Virus record (IMG/VR): IMGVR_UViG_3300032562_000003
Span: 124,001 to 188,000 of that record
Length of the DNA: 64,000 nucleotides
Reading direction: 5' to 3' (one strand)
Each line of letters begins with the position of its first letter. Positions within the stretch are counted from its first letter, which is position 1. The position numbers and the translations under genes were made by a program. Under the pieces are notes generated by a model. The model was not told the origin of the DNA. It was given only the letters and a program-made list of their open reading frames with translations, and searched no databases. Positions 50,101 through 57,355 of the stretch are shown here, piece after piece.

Positions 50101-53100
50101 AGTAGAACTCTATGGAGTAAGTTTTGTTCAAACTGCCTCGTTTACTGGATTTGTAGCAGTAGGTAACGGATTAAGATATGATTATTCAACAGGTGTCACT
50201 CAGTTGGTCCCTACAGACATCATCATAACTAGTGCGGATGGCATTACTTGGACTCAAGTTGCACCACTTACTAATAAGAGCTTAAATTCTGTAGTAAGTA
50301 ACGGAACCACTATAGTGGCTCTGGGCGAAAATAATGTTCAGTATACTAGCACTGATGCAATTAATTGGTTCGGAAATGAGGCTTTAGTAACTACATTTAG
50401 TAGTACTAACTACATAATCAGTACTGCACCAAATGCATTCACAGTAAATGCAGCAGTACAATTTAGTAATTCTTTTTCAAGTATCAATGCAGGGACAACT
50501 TACTATGTAAAGTCCATAGTATCACCGACTCTAGTGACTATATCAGATACTTTGGGTGGATCGACTAAAACACTATCAGCAGATACAGTACCAATCAATA
50601 CACTGATGTATGAGTACGACGCAAATCCAAGTACTGTACGTGACTCTGTTTATGTTGGTGGTACGTTTGTGAGCGTAGGTGACAATGGCCTGATCAAGAC
50701 TTCTACAGATGGGTATGTTTGGACACTTCGTTCTTCCGGAACAACACAGAACTTGAATGGCATAACATATGATACTGACGGAATAACTACCTTTACTGTA
50801 GTAGGTGACAACAATACAGTTCTAACTAGCACTGACACAATTATTTGGACCGACAATTCAGTGTTCACTGTTCCACCTACTGTATACGATGTTAAGGGCG
50901 CGGATTTCCCATATGGTTACGGCCCTGAAGAATTAGTTCCAGGCGTCGTTACTGATAATCTTGCGCTGACAGTAGTTACTCGTCCCGGCAGCAATTGGGA
51001 CGTAACTGAATACTCACATACCGGATTTAATGTTGTATCTCTTGAATTAGCTCCAACTTTCGGTACACAAACAGTTTATACTTTTGCAGGTGCAGTACAA
51101 GTACCGGCACAGCTTACCGTGCAAATCATAGATCCGGTAACTGGTTTAGGTACTGGTATTACAGAGGGTATAGATTATACTATTAATTGGTTGAATAAAA
51201 CAGTTATACTTTCGACACCACTACAATTTTCACCTAAAAAAATATTAAGAATTGACGTTTATGAAGTAGGCAACGGTGATCAACTAGTGCAATCTAGCAC
51301 GGATGTAAATCCTATTAGAGTCGATGATGTTACTGGCTTTAATGAAGTATATGTTGACTGTAATTACAGCGCATCTGTTTATCAAGGTAGCGGTGTAATT
51401 AGACCAGGTACCAGCGCAATCGAATCACAAGTTCTTTCTACTGATTCTACGACAAATAGATTGACTTGCACGGATATTTCCAAATTTATTCTTAATGGTC
51501 CTGTAACTTTCTTAGGTGTTCTGTTCGGCGGAGTAGTTTCCGAGACCACATACTACGTTAAGTCGATTAGTACAGCTACAGATTCTATAATTATATCTGC
51601 GTCAATTGACCCAGTGACTGGTTTAGCCGGCCCGGCATTTGATCTAGTCACTGCATCGGGCGATGCAATGTATGTAAGCATTCAATCTGGTAATGGCCAA
51701 GTTTGGACTACTCCTATCATGTATCATAATGGTAATAAACTAGTGTTAGGTGCGACTAATATTGTTATTAGAACACAATCTATTAATAATTCATTAACTA
51801 CGAATTCAACATTTGGTTTCGTACCGGGCACACGCATCACCTTCTCCAATACAATGTTTGCTGGAATTTCTCCTCAAACAACGTATTACGTCTCGTCTGT
51901 TATAAACAATAACGAATTCACTATTTCTGCAACTAATGGTGGCCCTGTTCTACCGTTGCCGGATACAACCGGAGGCGCGATCTTTGTTACTAATGATTAT
52001 GCGTTTGGAACTCAGCCAAATGGCATCGCTGCAAAAATTATATTTGCATCAGACGCATATACAACTGAAACTGACTACATCGTCTACTCGCTGTTCGGTG
52101 AAACTACACCACAGTACGGTTATGCAGTTCCAGAAATTCAATACTTTACTGGTACTGGATCACAAACCGCGTTCACCTTGTCTAACTATGTAGGAGAAAA
52201 TAACCCTAATAACGCAGTTGTTGAAGTTAATGGTGTTAGAAAAACAGTAACTACTGATTACAGTATTAATCCTAACACCAACGTTATAACATTCACGTCT
52301 GCTCCTGTGTCAAATTCGTCTATCTCAGTATTGACATACAACGATACTCAGCAACAGTATCTCACTAGTCAATACGGATTAACTGGAACCACAGTTGCAC
52401 CAATCCTATCGATTAATACTACACTAAGTCCGATACTAGCAACTACTACTGTCACCGCAACATCGTCTACTGGAAATCTAATTACAGCTACTAGTACCGC
52501 TGGTTTTGTTGTAGGACAACAAATTCAGTTCTTTGGCATCGCCCCGCTCGGTGGAATTAAAGTTGATGGTACAATGTATTGGGTTGGATCAATCATCAGT
52601 AATACGTTCACTATAAAAGATCAATACGGAGTTGCAGTACCGCTGTCGAATGCATCAGGTACGTTGCTCGCTGAGGTAGGTGGAATTTCTACTACTAGGG
52701 TGACTACTACTATTCCACACGGATTCGCTGAAAACTCTCTAGTTAGAATTGACGGTACAGTTGGGTCTATTCAGCTTAACAACAATATTTACTATGCTAG
52801 AGTGATCACTGATACTGTATTTGACTTGTATCAGAGTGATGTTTCGGGATACACTGGATATAATCCAACGTTGGGGGCAACTAATTATCCAGTAATCGGC
52901 GTATCTACTTATATTTCTGGTGGATATACTTGGTTAACGGGCTCGTTCAACATCACAACTACGACTGCTACTGCAACAACAAGCTCAAACAATACGATCA
53001 CGGTTGCCTCTACTGCAAATCTGATCGTAAACACTCCAGTTTACTTTAGCGAAAACTACACATTGAATGGCACTGACTTAAGTTTCGGTGGACTAGTATC

Positions 53101-54049
53101 AGGAACAGAATACTATGTTAGCGAAATAGTTAACGGCACCACATTTGTGGTGTCTGACACATATGATGGTCCATCTAAGACGCTAACGACATCAGGTCCC
53201 GCCACTATCAACGTAACACAATGGTCACAACAATACACTGATCGTATCTGGGTAACAGTTAATGGATTGAGAGTACCATCATCTAAGTTAAGAATAAATC
53301 CTGCAAATGAGGTCAGTATTCTAGCTGAGATTCAATCAACTGATAAAGTAATTATTACTAGTATGATTGCACACTGGACACCAGAAGAAATGACTTATAT
53401 GAATTTCGTAGACAAGAATGGAGTAGCATCGGTTTATAGATCAAATACGTTAACTAGAACTTGGTTAACTGAATCTATTCAAGACTTGACTACGGTGATT
53501 TACGTTAATGATGTAAACAGCGTTATCCAGGATGTAGTCTTTACTGCAACGGTACCTACTGTATCCGTCGACGGTTACTACTATATTGGATTGCCGGCGG
53601 ACAAGAGAATTCTCACTGCTGTATCTGTTGTAAATATTTCAACTACACCAAATCAAACTATCAGCAGCAATGATTATGAGGTTGTACTAGTAGATACTGC
53701 ACCAACACTAAAGATCACTCCAGGAAGCTACATTTCAACTGGCAACACCTTAACTATTAATGTACTTGAAGGAGATATCATCTACGTTAACGGAGAAGCT
53801 ATTAGATTTAATGCAGTTGATATTGCAAGTAATTCGTTGCTTGGTATTCAACGCGGGGTTAACGGTACTGCTAAACAATCTTATATACCAGCGTACACTG
53901 AAGTATTTGGATTATTGACTAGCAACAAGCTAGACGATGTTTACTATAATCAAACTTGGAACTCCTACACCTTCAATACAATAGACGGGGATCCACTACA
54001 AATCAGCACTACGACACCTGCATTATTCTTACAAACGGACATCACGTAA
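35156..54049 (+). CDS. giant 6297-aa virion protein (gp7-like wedge with appended adhesin-like modules)
   Basis: Uninterrupted ORF after gp6. Contains VKPYH (gp7-like), FG-GAP-like repeats, Asp-box repeats and at least 13 copies of a V-x-F...GG...YYV repeat. Confidence 0.75.
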   Translation: MARIRTITFLPEIFQTSTNAEFLSATLDQIVNPPNTMKIQGYVGSKFGYGVNATDNYVVEPTKTRVNYQLDPGVVFTKPNESVANDFISYPGIIDSIAMQDSITDNNSRLFKSQFYSWDSFTNLDKLINFNEYYWLPVGPPAVTISAATVYSTENYAVTSLPNGYEIALVGQPIGSINPTLGLIRGGTYTFAVNQSSQFWIQTDPGTSGYSPFQSNLTTRQVYGVDNNGASQGVVTFTVPQKNAQDQYIFPGNNTVDLVSTKLFDQVNGAVLKTFTDTDGVTYQGLNDIDGVTALEGLRIMFYYDGIPAEKGNTETFLSETPLDINSDVLVAPIVINVTSCDASAFTTDSTSQLVVGQTVTFNNPTFGGVTAGEVYYVHSIPTSGTFTIALTLDASSPLTLVPGSGTMVANINQGLYEESVASTVFEYYYLIEYIGDPKNPTIRLVPDGTIPVNQTITPLYGTQWNNIPFYRSPTGVINPIPVITAPLDVLYYQDGTSADSVGVIKIIDSNTTNTINVVTEILGNPNYTSSSGVVFTNGLKVNFQGDIIPTSYLQGQYYVQGVGTAIELVPVSSLVCTEDFTHGNYIPYDSTPYDISNYDSDLFIPTDKDYITIARNAINKNAWSRSNRWFHIDVINATAKYNNDPNIATTYATQANKAVRPIIEFYPNLKLYNSGSVGAAGIDFIDTHNTDALSTVAGSYNYYPDTEVLTTASASVVGVTAATSTTFSVDAANVSGTFQIGMYVADSSSILPNNTQITDITGTTTLTVTVSWPGAKNISSASNLSIVGSDTTLDNYALFPEARIVFAADSSSTVRNKIYVVNFSVIDPNTRPVITLTVAEDGNIVPDEQLAIKRGYYHQGTSYYYDGIKWIQAQQKVTVNQPPLFDVFDANGISFGDSSVYQSTSFKGCKLFAYSVGSGVNDPILGFPIAYSGIDNVGDISFDVSLNLDTFNYVSGYNPINQKVNTGYVYNYTSGTSYVRQLGWQTAIADSTQYQLFSFDFDPTNPTLSFQCDVAALPALATGETGWPRVKVYINNVYQAPTSYATVVGTNTTTITFNSSSSLPTTSTVVQVLVLSDQVSQIGYYDIPINLNNNPLNADLTTANVGDIRAQYRDIFINSPNTTGEIFGANNFRDCGNLVPYGTEIIQNSASLVLPGTFFRNTQHNLFDALMFNSREYIKYKQLLVYTVQNTDYVQRYTPSQILDSALDQITAAKSEINAFFWSDMLPSKAPYRTNTYTFNNQLDTSVYPLSNVYNFETANYSGVLVYVLRTVAGVVVERQLTSGIDYIISPDAPSLTIISPLGDGDKVIIKEYNQTYGSYIPNTPTKLGLYPSFYPEVVLDSDYTVPTYFIKGHDGSFTKLYGDYDETLGVLIDFRDQALLEFELRIYNNLKLSTTVPIERYEVVPGYFRSSTSTYSWNEFIQMYEPTFLNWIGQNRLDYKSQYYQKNNEFSYNYTNSGNKLDQAAIQQGYWRGVYEYFYDTTTPNETPWEMLGFANEPTWWADRYGPTPYTSDNGILWGDLEAGYIWNNGNPYTVPELARPGLSKIIPVDSNGDLLSPLIAIVGNYNPSTFQKDWVVGDDAPVELSYRRSSTWPFDLMRLFALTRPAEFFNLAVDLDNYKYNAEFNQYLVNDRSHLVPANIEIYGNGTAKTSYINWIVDYEKQQGVDATTNITTLLNNLDVRLVYRLAGYSDKTLLQFYVEKGSPNSNNATLLIPNESYSVLLYDNQPFDQIMFSGVVIQKNQGYWTVYGNSQTFAYFKTLKPINNGTYGSVDVLGTTVKYAKNYTDQVVLVPYGTKFYSTQGVVQFLMSYGAELESQGMLFNEVEQGIEVTWAQMAAEFLYWSMSGWEVGSLITLNPSATAINIDRPSAIVQPLTVQQTNFILNQNLYPIQLNDLCVERDDTLFHAHTLNQGDSMSYAQFNVSNFEHGIVFDNVTLFNDIIYNLTTGLRQNRIYARGVKTADWNGTVNAWGFILNQDNVLEWNGNLKYTKGVIVQYKNKYWTALKVIEPSATFNEQDWKLVNYNDIQKGMLSNASTRAYESTLYYDVYQANLEQDADLLAFSLIGYRPRDYLALVDLTDSTQVQVYQNLIKNKGTRNAVDAFQGATFPQGSISYDFYENWSILTKQYGGVLNENFVDFRINQTNLMGNPSIVSLTNGVYTVGSDQEVPLYNLFNYNTPPASPNVLSTLDTTVNSQLYPSAGYINVNDVKMSSYFFSGLPSAVDSTGAVVPINNFYVGEYFWLANFKNKWDVFRWTNIGQVIQVRNNTNGTATITFSSPHSLNKLDPMAIINFAQNVDGYYIVADVLNLYEVVINLSALNANQNSIQGRGLAFGFVSQRVASPAGIIPLASAENEFIKNTVWVDENTDGNWAVYRKSLNYAYQNQFEQADGGTFGSAVAYTSDMGYLIGDSGTGILYRYIYDSLAQAYLLKENKTGGTSFGSTIKYAQNLYAVSQPSGVSPAVTLYTLNHTVVTDRMLTYQTIAAPGGVTDWGSALAISGDTNWLYISDAQNNNVYVYRKQNIPLIAGYFVTGETYVITSLGSTDFTAIGAVDNKVGITFVATGAGAGTGTATQITYKQSTIISGSSLFSLGAGDGFGTALATSYDGSTLAVTAPFIDYSPTITNWGTTFVLQRTMQNFEAKQNSLPEQTTSFSLSWTPAAGATITASATSSVTNRITCSGSMTGFQINQPVVFAGSNFGSSNVSPNQVYYIHGISGSEISIKTSRSSTTPVNLTTAAGLSFSVYVQVDPLYVYLNGKLVTDDNYAVIGTSFIYYSSLIAGDILTVSDNQYFPAQQINSDYIDRTDIEFGYAVDMYKTGSTLLIGSPYEVDANDVEGAVYSYVNGGAEYGVVIGTNECNVTTNRTLLINGFAVNLSAGNAQSVANTINSSKIINVQAAATSDNKLIIQVINQNIAQINQKLTVYAYDSGTTLSELGINLYTKTQIIQSPHEQGASRFGSAIKINEFDSVIISAPVGTRYEGTFFDFTDDENLDNDTVFDNNATQFVDSYVNAGAVYMFDYIGLYNESLANPGAYVYAQSVNSKNIPYGQQPLYGTAIDFNENVVVVGSPNFYPVAVGGQVVVYNNATGVSDWSVYRNSAPIVDISKIQNTQIFSASTNQTLINLDYMDPLQGKLLGAARENLDFVSGTDPARYNSDLSTIIGSVWGAEHVGQLWFNTNNVRWMNYHQNDNVYNSKYWGAVFPGSDVAVYTWVASFVPPNSYPGPGAVYNPNLYVVSTVLNASNNAVPVYYFWVSNTNIIFEQTGKTLSDSVVASYISNPKGSGIAYMAPLLPNTFALYNSVDYFNANDSVFHIGFANGTTDDVAHQEYALIRENYQDDFLPGLPHGGTSAHTLAIQGGYTISETDVPYSLYAKLLDSLAGCDGAGAVVPNPWLPLAVQSGIRSRPNQSFFYDRYLAINNYLTYANTVLAQYPIAEIRPDATFLFQSGTYFNTADYWSYVNWWATGYSDSTKSSLQVPNYADLAALNVAVNTIVTVEQNGAGKFEVYRYDGYGVWTRIGLQNGTIAFDTSLWDYSSAKIGYGDNFFDTTPYDQYPSEETRYIVRALTEQIYISDLLIYRNTSLILLFDYIQSETTQSQNFLPWLNKTSLADVSHTIRELIPYEVYQTDNTAFLSGYINEVKPYHVVIKDFVFKYTGTDVYQGNITDFDLPATYNSSYQQYISPQLVYSNPNSQYEYLPTDSIWSTAPYTQWFQNHGVSITGQPNYNITVTTSYVSTSSTYIVVDNAHGFPINGTINIGNEIIGYSFVDRALNVLSGLVRGVNGTPIENHITGAQIYIDLPAALVLFGGRGYVEPPKVTAYIDTSIYPAPKTPAVLEAVMNLDSVLQINVIDPGEGYAVLPEIVIDPAEVIAFDNTAVNGTFHTIRLYAPNLQTGDAVLYKSGITASVGALANNQWYYINVLETVPTAIIALYTTYSDAINDKARVKIYPIGIGSDMTLSSGARASAITTALPIRENNTTIRFDRTTYGSQVQDWEAGAYYGSFFAGTLDNSSTTSSSSIGLESTEPPIDSILASAQGAVFEITDISNDQQLTWSSFIRYVSGTTASNHSITLIPQDNGGGQPNASGTTIGFYIGMPVKFQSTLSFGGLVSNQIYYVNTILSETEFTVSTTVGGPIFGVTDSVVGVYTMECFVGEVTNTAVMSINYPGILQVTATTATTNALTVPTSLVGTGGTLGFYTNLPVFFTEDVFGGIVANKTYYVTSVIDNQTFTMSATTNPVSTTAYSVDGSTDRVAVNDGTNFNINDIVVFTDMVIAGTSTTNFGGLVAGTFYYVSGVYLSSKEITLSATKNGAVLNLTTVVAASDTSAIMTNQKDTVALTTAVGSATMNVSLPISPGQINGQLFTIYETSGQYPNNIVSAGEVSSLISRSINATISAVNRIAVSASLGGTDFFYKNMPIRVTTNIGNLVAGTTYYIREYTGDGTNTVIEVTVTNTSSSGNVLSCGSTASLYIGMPIVFSGQSLGGIFVTETYYIQDIPSSTTFTLSLTVSGPAITLTNDNGVMTGAGDPFFTVSTTVNGSEFALSSDHTTVSTATQYVTGYTTFDLSYKLGGYSAVPTNAGSGFAVNNIITIPGTAVGGTSPANDITLEVNSVDALGGIINVIASGNVPSTSTKYYLKVISSNQLEVYSNPLLTVPVSGINFPFNGYTTTTVQSVSSNIITVNSTTGFNVNDAVVFTGNVSAGIVAGQTYYIVNNVNFTSNTLQISSTPGGTAITLSNASSLSYTMAKSGSYAFLPEPFYFNQSIVKFNNKVYICVISNNDKEFVIGKWEELDSGDRRLNAMDRVMGYYKPTVNMPGVDLTQLFDGVTYPNSIYLGNAFQPNQQFALDVVVQDQPFYPSQVNITAVEYHNNVYHAVANLPTYSALLTSADGITWAITQLANTDINVTNIVYNNGTYLISAANNATPILTSVDGLVWTVANTTEHSSQAAAYGNGCWISVGDNIVRSTDAITWNTVHTFDSIFEVELYGVSFVQTASFTGFVAVGNGLRYDYSTGVTQLVPTDIIITSADGITWTQVAPLTNKSLNSVVSNGTTIVALGENNVQYTSTDAINWFGNEALVTTFSSTNYIISTAPNAFTVNAAVQFSNSFSSINAGTTYYVKSIVSPTLVTISDTLGGSTKTLSADTVPINTLMYEYDANPSTVRDSVYVGGTFVSVGDNGLIKTSTDGYVWTLRSSGTTQNLNGITYDTDGITTFTVVGDNNTVLTSTDTIIWTDNSVFTVPPTVYDVKGADFPYGYGPEELVPGVVTDNLALTVVTRPGSNWDVTEYSHTGFNVVSLELAPTFGTQTVYTFAGAVQVPAQLTVQIIDPVTGLGTGITEGIDYTINWLNKTVILSTPLQFSPKKILRIDVYEVGNGDQLVQSSTDVNPIRVDDVTGFNEVYVDCNYSASVYQGSGVIRPGTSAIESQVLSTDSTTNRLTCTDISKFILNGPVTFLGVLFGGVVSETTYYVKSISTATDSIIISASIDPVTGLAGPAFDLVTASGDAMYVSIQSGNGQVWTTPIMYHNGNKLVLGATNIVIRTQSINNSLTTNSTFGFVPGTRITFSNTMFAGISPQTTYYVSSVINNNEFTISATNGGPVLPLPDTTGGAIFVTNDYAFGTQPNGIAAKIIFASDAYTTETDYIVYSLFGETTPQYGYAVPEIQYFTGTGSQTAFTLSNYVGENNPNNAVVEVNGVRKTVTTDYSINPNTNVITFTSAPVSNSSISVLTYNDTQQQYLTSQYGLTGTTVAPILSINTTLSPILATTTVTATSSTGNLITATSTAGFVVGQQIQFFGIAPLGGIKVDGTMYWVGSIISNTFTIKDQYGVAVPLSNASGTLLAEVGGISTTRVTTTIPHGFAENSLVRIDGTVGSIQLNNNIYYARVITDTVFDLYQSDVSGYTGYNPTLGATNYPVIGVSTYISGGYTWLTGSFNITTTTATATTSSNNTITVASTANLIVNTPVYFSENYTLNGTDLSFGGLVSGTEYYVSEIVNGTTFVVSDTYDGPSKTLTTSGPATINVTQWSQQYTDRIWVTVNGLRVPSSKLRINPANEVSILAEIQSTDKVIITSMIAHWTPEEMTYMNFVDKNGVASVYRSNTLTRTWLTESIQDLTTVIYVNDVNSVIQDVVFTATVPTVSVDGYYYIGLPADKRILTAVSVVNISTTPNQTISSNDYEVVLVDTAPTLKITPGSYISTGNTLTINVLEGDIIYVNGEAIRFNAVDIASNSLLGIQRGVNGTAKQSYIPAYTEVFGLLTSNKLDDVYYNQTWNSYTFNTIDGDPLQISTTTPALFLQTDIT

Positions 54050-54064
54050 ATGATAAATAATGAG

Positions 54065-54214
54065 ATGAACGAATATAAGTCAAATAGTGAAGGGAATCAG
54101 GCCCGCCCTGAACGCAAGCCTGATGAAGTTAGTGGTTACTATTTTTCCTCTAGCATAAAGATTTTTGATCCAAATTCGAAGGAAGTAATAGTACATAAAA
54201 GAGGCGATATATAA
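54065..54214 (+). CDS. small 49-aa protein, missed by the track
   Basis: MNEYKSNSEG...KPDEVSGYYFSSSIKIFDPNSKEVIVHKRGDI*, 5 nt after the late promoter GATAAATA (54052-54059). Confidence 0.65.
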   Translation: MNEYKSNSEGNQARPERKPDEVSGYYFSSSIKIFDPNSKEVIVHKRGDI

Positions 54215-54883
54215 GTGGGTATTATCTACATCACAGAAAATTTATACAACAAAGCGCACGGTATTATGCCATGGCGGTATATAGGAAGTGAGCAATACAA
54301 CAATGATAACTACTTAGGGTCAAGTATTGACCTAAAAAAAGACATAGCAGCGTTAGGTGCAGAAAACTTCAAGAAGATAATACTAGCCGATTTAGGTGAC
54401 ATTGATAACAAAGAGCTTCGCAGAATCGAGTCAATTGAATATTTGCAGCCGAACAATGTCCCCGCGGATGAAACGTACTACAACAACACAGATAAGTATG
54501 CGCCGGCCGGCGCACGACTGGGCATGAAGCATACTAAAGTTTTTAAACGAACACAAGCATGGAAAGATAGTAGACGAGGCTACAGGCATACCGATGATGC
54601 CAAAGCAAGCATGGCATTGAAAAAAATTGGCACTACAGCAAGCAAACAAACCAAACAGTTAATGTCAGCAGCCCGATCAGGTGAAAACAACCCGAATGCA
54701 TTGAGTTGGACTATAACCTCCCCCGCCGGTGAAACCTTCAATGTTAAGGGACTTGCTAAGTGGGCAAAGGACAACAACTATAAATACAGAGATATATATC
54801 ATAATAAAAACGGTTGGACCGCAGTAAAACACGGGGTTGGATTAGGCGGCCGAAAGAAAAGGGATCATATCAGTGGAATTTAA
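54215..54883 (+). mobile_element. free-standing GIY-YIG homing endonuclease
   Basis: GIIYITEN...WRYIGS, YLGSS; NUMOD3-like GYRHTDDAKASM and SGENNP. Confidence 0.75.
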
Positions 54884-55499
54884 CATGAGGGTGTCGGTTA
54901 AAGGGCACATTACAATAACTGATGTCACAGAACCGGATAATCACATTGTATTAGTTGACAAAGATAACAGCATTAATTATGAAAACATGTCAGAAGCTAT
55001 TGCAGACACGCTAAGCAGTCGCGGCTATGGCGAAATCTACCAAATGGCATTTGGTGACGGGGGAGCGTCCGTCGATGAGACTGGTGTAATTACCTATCTT
55101 CCACCTAATACTACCGGTCAAAATGCGGCGCTATACAATCAAACTTATGCAAAAATAGTAGATGATACTAGTGTATTCAACCTTGATCCTACTAGAAATA
55201 AGATGACGGTGTATCACACTACAGGCAACCTATACACTGATATTTTAGTTCAATGCTTACTTGACTACGGTGAACCATCTGGACAAGCTGCATTTGACAA
55301 CAGCACTCAAACTACATCCAGTTATGTTTTTGATGAATTAGGTTTACTAGCTAACTACGGTACTGACAGTAGCGGTAATGTAATAACTAAACTACTAACT
55401 CACGTAATTTTTCACCCTATACAAAAGTCGCTGAATAGACAGATTCAGATCGACTACACTGTGAGAATTCAGAGCCTAACTAATTTGATAACCATATAA
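54873..55499 (+). CDS. conserved baseplate/structural protein
   Basis: MAFGDGGASVD, LLDYGEPSGQ, FDELGL, LLTHVIFHPIQKSLNR; lies within the structural block. Confidence 0.6.
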   Translation: MEFNMRVSVKGHITITDVTEPDNHIVLVDKDNSINYENMSEAIADTLSSRGYGEIYQMAFGDGGASVDETGVITYLPPNTTGQNAALYNQTYAKIVDDTSVFNLDPTRNKMTVYHTTGNLYTDILVQCLLDYGEPSGQAAFDNSTQTTSSYVFDELGLLANYGTDSSGNVITKLLTHVIFHPIQKSLNRQIQIDYTVRIQSLTNLITI

Positions 55500-55522
55500 A
55501 ACAGTATAATTAGGGGACAATA

Positions 55523-57304
55523 GTGTCGTATACTATTTACAAATCGGACGGAACTTTATTGACGACTATTCCAGATGGTGTCGTCAACATAACCAGCACG
55601 CCGCTAAGTCTGCCAGGCCGCAACTACGCAGGTTACGGGCAAGTATTCGACACAAACTATGTACATCAACTAGAAAATTTTGCAAATAGTACTTTACCTG
55701 CAAACGCTCTGAGAGGTCAGTTGTGGTTTAATACTACCAATAGCACGCTGTATGTTTGTCCGACTGACGGTGAAACCAATCAAAGCAATTGGATCGCGCT
55801 CCTTACCGCTAACAATAGCGGAAATATTAATACAGGAAATTTGAACGCTTCTAGCAACATATATGCAAACAACGCCTCATTAACTAATAATCTTAATTCC
55901 AATGTAATATATACCAACTACTTAACCGTAAATGTACAAGCACAGATAGCAAATGCAAATATATCAAATGCAAATATAGCAAATTCTAATCTCACTGGTA
56001 CTGCAAATATAGTAACATTGCGGACAAATAATATTACTACAGGATCAACATCTACCAATGGTAATATAATCGGTACATGGACTGCAAATGGAACAGGAAC
56101 TGCTAACGGTGTATCTGGAACTGCACTGTGGGTTACTGGTGGAAATTTAGTAATCAGCGGCCCGGGCTCGCTGGGCATTAGTACTGATAATTATTATTAC
56201 GCGAACGGAGTACCCATTTCTTTTGCGGGAACCTATTCTAACTCAAATGTTAATTCATATTTACCTACATATACTGGTAATGTTGGCGCACCTAGCGGAG
56301 CAACGACTTTCAATGGTGTATCTCTAAATTCGGGATCAAACTTGATTGCAGGTACAATTACGGGCAACTGGACTCTTTCTGCTGGATCAAATATTAATGG
56401 TGTGATCGTTTCCGGTGGAAACGTAGTTGGACCAGTAGCGTCTGCGACATCTGCAGGTACAGCGACAACTGCTACGTCAGCGATCACGGCCGGCACTGTT
56501 ACTACTGCTGCGCAACCTAATATAACTTCTGTAGGTACACTATCATCTCTATCTGTGTTAGGCACGATCACTAGCGGGTCTTGGAACGGTAATATCGTCA
56601 CACCAAATTACGGTGGTACAGGGTTGGCAGCAACTCCAAGCAATGGTCAGTTGCTTATAGGTAATGGATCTGGCTTCTCGCTTAGTGGGCTTACAGCAGG
56701 GTCTGGAGTAACCATCACTAACACGCCGGGCGGAATAACTATTTCGGTTACCGGATCATCTGTTCCTTCAGGTCTCATATCGATGTGGTCCGGTTCTATT
56801 GCTTCTATTCCATCTGGGTGGGTCCTTTGTAACGGACAAAACGGAACTCCGGATCTTAGAGATAGGTTTGTGATAGGCGCAGGAGGCTCTTACTCTCCGG
56901 GTTCTGCCGGCGGCTCAACTACACTAAGCACTTCGGTATCGGTAAACGGGCACACATTAACCGTAGATGAAATACCCGGTCACCAGCATACCTTCGATAC
57001 CAATAGCAGTTATACTGGGATTTCGGTTAGCGATTCTGGACACGCACATCCTCTATATAATATAGTTGATAATAATGGTCCGTGGGCAGTCAATAGAGCT
57101 TTTGGACAATACAATGGTCAACTAGAAATAATAGACACAGCTACTGGTGTTAGTTATGCAGCCATCAGCACGTCTGACCCTTCACACTATCATAGTGGAA
57201 CTACCAACAGTACAGGATCAGGCTACGCTCACAATCACACTGCATCAGCTACTACAACCGGTATTCCTCCGTACTACGCATTAGCATTCATAATGAAAAC
57301 CTAA
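55523..57304 (+). CDS. tail fibre with collar domain and His-x-His needle tip
   Basis: VPSGLISMWSG...GWVLCNG...TPDLRDRFVIGAG collar; HQH, HAH, HYH, HNH motifs; ends PPYYALAFIMK. Confidence 0.8.
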   Translation: MSYTIYKSDGTLLTTIPDGVVNITSTPLSLPGRNYAGYGQVFDTNYVHQLENFANSTLPANALRGQLWFNTTNSTLYVCPTDGETNQSNWIALLTANNSGNINTGNLNASSNIYANNASLTNNLNSNVIYTNYLTVNVQAQIANANISNANIANSNLTGTANIVTLRTNNITTGSTSTNGNIIGTWTANGTGTANGVSGTALWVTGGNLVISGPGSLGISTDNYYYANGVPISFAGTYSNSNVNSYLPTYTGNVGAPSGATTFNGVSLNSGSNLIAGTITGNWTLSAGSNINGVIVSGGNVVGPVASATSAGTATTATSAITAGTVTTAAQPNITSVGTLSSLSVLGTITSGSWNGNIVTPNYGGTGLAATPSNGQLLIGNGSGFSLSGLTAGSGVTITNTPGGITISVTGSSVPSGLISMWSGSIASIPSGWVLCNGQNGTPDLRDRFVIGAGGSYSPGSAGGSTTLSTSVSVNGHTLTVDEIPGHQHTFDTNSSYTGISVSDSGHAHPLYNIVDNNGPWAVNRAFGQYNGQLEIIDTATGVSYAAISTSDPSHYHSGTTNSTGSGYAHNHTASATTTGIPPYYALAFIMKT

Positions 57305-57355
57305 ACGACGCAACACGAATTTTAAGATAAATAAGGATAACGGAGTAACTTAACT

